Origin: Armatimonadota bacterium
GTDB lineage: Bacteria > Armatimonadota > Fimbriimonadia > Fimbriimonadales > GBS-DC
Assembly: GCA_037445735.1 (NCBI GenBank)
Contig: JBBIJY010000038.1
Coordinates: 1-18,099 of the forward strand
Direction: 5' to 3'
DNA length: 18,099 nucleotides
Shown here: positions 15,855-18,099 of the stretch, piece by piece
Layout: every line of letters starts with the position of its first letter
How positions within the stretch are numbered: the first letter of the stretch is position 1
Notes under the pieces: generated by a model
Told to the model about the DNA's origin: nothing
The model's input: the letters and a program-made list of their open reading frames with translations, nothing else
Database searches by the model: none
Translations under genes and position numbers: made by a program

Positions 15855-17008
15855 TTCGCGTCCCGCATATTGCGCGGCAACCGCTCCTGCACAGGTGGCA
15901 ACGGCGGAAACGGCTTGTGCGGCTCCGTCTGATACCAGTAAGCCACGCTCGAATAGTCGTTCTCCTGCAGGTTCGCGTGCCCATGCTCGATGCTCACCCG
16001 TATCGAGCGCGTGAACAGGATCGGATCCTCAATATGGAACCGATACGAGGTGCACTGATGCCTGTCGGGAAATTTCGGGTCATGCTCATAGATCGACGCG
16101 CCCGCGTAAAGATAGGCGCGCGGATGCATGCCCCACGCCTGCGAGAGGTAATCCTCGGAGCCGGTGCCGTGCAGGGAGGGCGGCCACGGCTCGCCGTCGA
16201 TAAAAATCATATCGTCGCCCTCACCCCACCAGGTGTATTCGCGGATCACCTGCTCCTGCGAGCCGAGCCGACGAATCACGGGCAAAGGATCGATGTTGTC
16301 CACCGACAGCACGCAGCCCACATAGTGCCCCGCGCCCTCCGCCTCCAGAACCAGGTAGTTCTCGGCGTCGCTCAGGTTCGGCGTATCGAGCAGCTCCCAG
16401 TAGTTGCGCCGCTGCTCGAACAGATTGCCCTGCACACCGCGCGTCGGATACTCCTGACGATACTGGGCATGGAACCGCAAAATATTATCGGGCAACGGCG
16501 CATTGTACTGCTCATAGTCCACATAGTAATAGAACGAGCCAACCTCCACCTCGCACTCGTTGATGACCTCAATCCGTGCGCCCTGCGAGAAGGGCATCGG
16601 GAAGTAGCAGTTGAGCGCGACGCCGCCGCCATAGTTGCCCTCGTTGCCCTCGCTGGTCACGGTGGTCAGCGGCAGCGACATAAACGAGCGGGCGATGCCA
16701 TGCCCCAGCCCGAAAAAGTCGCCCAGCGGACTCAACACGCTCGGCTCCGATTCGCCGTCCCAGAACATGCGCAGCACCAGCTTGCGCAGATAGAGCCGAT
16801 CGCGACAGCCGACCGTGATCCAGATGTGCCGAATGCAGCCAGCGCCCTGAATCTCGGCAAGAGTCGCCGTCTGACCCGCAGGAATGGTCAAAAAGTCGCG
16901 ATTGCCGCCCGTGCGATCCCAGCTCGAAACGCGCTTCGTGCGCCCCTCCCGCCGATAAATCAGCCGCGACAGGGGACCCGCACCCTCAAAACCCTCCAGT
17001 GGTCTCAT
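15851..17008 (-). CDS. DUF2961 / glycoside hydrolase family 172 protein
   Basis: SSWDRTGGNRD, GAGCIRHIWIT, PLGDFFG, NCYFPMPF, WWGEGDD, GTGSEDY, IEHGHAN, SSVAYWYQ; SD GAGGAGG before ATG 17008. Confidence 0.93.
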   Translation of the reverse strand: MRPLEGFEGAGPLSRLIYRREGRTKRVSSWDRTGGNRDFLTIPAGQTATLAEIQGAGCIRHIWITVGCRDRLYLRKLVLRMFWDGESEPSVLSPLGDFFGLGHGIARSFMSLPLTTVTSEGNEGNYGGGVALNCYFPMPFSQGARIEVINECEVEVGSFYYYVDYEQYNAPLPDNILRFHAQYRQEYPTRGVQGNLFEQRRNYWELLDTPNLSDAENYLVLEAEGAGHYVGCVLSVDNIDPLPVIRRLGSQEQVIREYTWWGEGDDMIFIDGEPWPPSLHGTGSEDYLSQAWGMHPRAYLYAGASIYEHDPKFPDRHQCTSYRFHIEDPILFTRSIRVSIEHGHANLQENDYSSVAYWYQTEPHKPFPPLPPVQERLPRNMRDAK

Positions 17009-17323
17009 CGATATCGCCTCCTCTTCTACTGCACATTCGCTCTGGGAAACATCCCTCCTATCAGATCCCTGCAAGTCAGATGCAGGCAGTGGCGACGAAT
17101 TTGCATTCGCTAATCACCAGCAGTAGATGGTGAGCACAAAGGTCGGTTGGAGAATCAGATTGGGATACCTCGTGGCTAACCTCGTTGTGCGCACATGCAT
17201 AAGGCGTTCGGGGCAGACCGACCACGAATTGCAGGATTGGATCGGCAGGTCATGCATGCGACATACGAAAGATACACAGCGCGGAGTAGTCATCTACCTC
17301 CGCAACAAAGCAGCTCCAGCAGG

Positions 17324-17926
17324 CTAATAACCCTCCGATACATCGGGAAGCTGCCGCGGGTCAGGGCACTGGTAACCCTCTTTAGGGGAAATAATCTCGC
17401 CAGTTCGATGATCTTTTGTATAAATATCAAAATAATATCCGATCTTTCCGTCACCAATATCCAGCACGGATAACACACAAGCTGGCCCGACATAGGGACG
17501 CCCACAGCGTGGACGAGGTGGACGCGTGTGACATTCACAAGTTGCAACCAAACCTTCGCGATAGTATACACCCCATTTACCGAAGTCAGATAATAGGTAA
17601 GGATTGGAAATATCATACATTGGATGAAATCTTAATGCAACAATATTGTAATTATCACCGCTTAATGGACATCTCAAAATTTCTGGACCTTGCGATATAA
17701 GCCACTGATTAAGCTCCTTGGCTGTGTTGCTATCCCAGCGTCCACCATTGCGAATCTTAAGCAATTTATATTCGGTGTAGATTGCCCATAAATTAGCGCG
17801 GCACTTAGCCTCCAGCACACGATAGCGCACAATCTGAAACACAGGAAATACCAGCGCAGCCAGCATCACCATAATCGCCAGCACCACCAGCAGTTGCTTC
17901 AGACTCCAGCCACCGCGTACTATCAC
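17324..17926 (-). CDS. Prepilin/pseudopilin-like (type II secretion-type) protein with degenerate N-terminal motif
   Basis: GTG 17926 with SD AGGAGG; RGG|WSLKQLLVVLAIMVMLAALVFPVF, then C..NL..I and L.CP; low GC. Confidence 0.75.
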   Translation of the reverse strand: MIVRGGWSLKQLLVVLAIMVMLAALVFPVFQIVRYRVLEAKCRANLWAIYTEYKLLKIRNGGRWDSNTAKELNQWLISQGPEILRCPLSGDNYNIVALRFHPMYDISNPYLLSDFGKWGVYYREGLVATCECHTRPPRPRCGRPYVGPACVLSVLDIGDGKIGYYFDIYTKDHRTGEIISPKEGYQCPDPRQLPDVSEGY

Positions 17927-18099
17927 TGCCTTGCCTCCTTCTGCAAGATAAGCTCCTTGTTGCACTGAAGCACCTTCGCCACCGCCTCTTCAGAAGGGCG
18001 CACCCCTGCCTGCTAACAACCCACCTCCGCGGCGGACAAGGATCATTGTGTCATAGCTGTATGTACCCATTGATACCATCTATCATCTTGCCTAATTTC

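Noticed and set aside
15917..17113. 398-aa plus-strand ORF
   Set aside because: Shadow of the GH172 gene.
1..18099. CRISPR array, IS transposase, integrase, rRNA
   Set aside because: No regularly spaced direct repeats or corresponding motifs seen by eye.

Overview
High-GC bacterial chromosomal segment. A C-terminal dockerin-like motif (DVNCDGVVDDADL..VL..FG), a degenerate prepilin-type protein and the palindromic repeats suggest Armatimonadota, but this is inference. In order: 3' part of a SIS-domain protein; a small putative antitoxin plus AbiEii-family nucleotidyltransferase; two REP-like palindromes bracketing a short dockerin-motif gene and a WD40/TolB-like remnant; OsmC-family and plsC-like genes; a membrane-anchored PIG-L deacetylase just downstream of tRNA-Ser(GGA); a secreted GHL15-like glycoside hydrolase with a low-GC core; a translationally coupled trio of unknown genes (175/61/708 aa) directly behind gyrA, whose first SD and ATG lie inside a hairpin; gyrA with a 436-aa LAGLIDADG intein next to the catalytic Tyr and an atypical QRDR; a short membrane-anchored ORF; and a GH172-TauE-lipoprotein run preceded by a low-GC pilin-like gene. 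The best candidate for an undescribed system is the gyrA-linked three-gene module and its convergent glycan-active neighbour. All family calls come from motif recognition by eye, not database searches.
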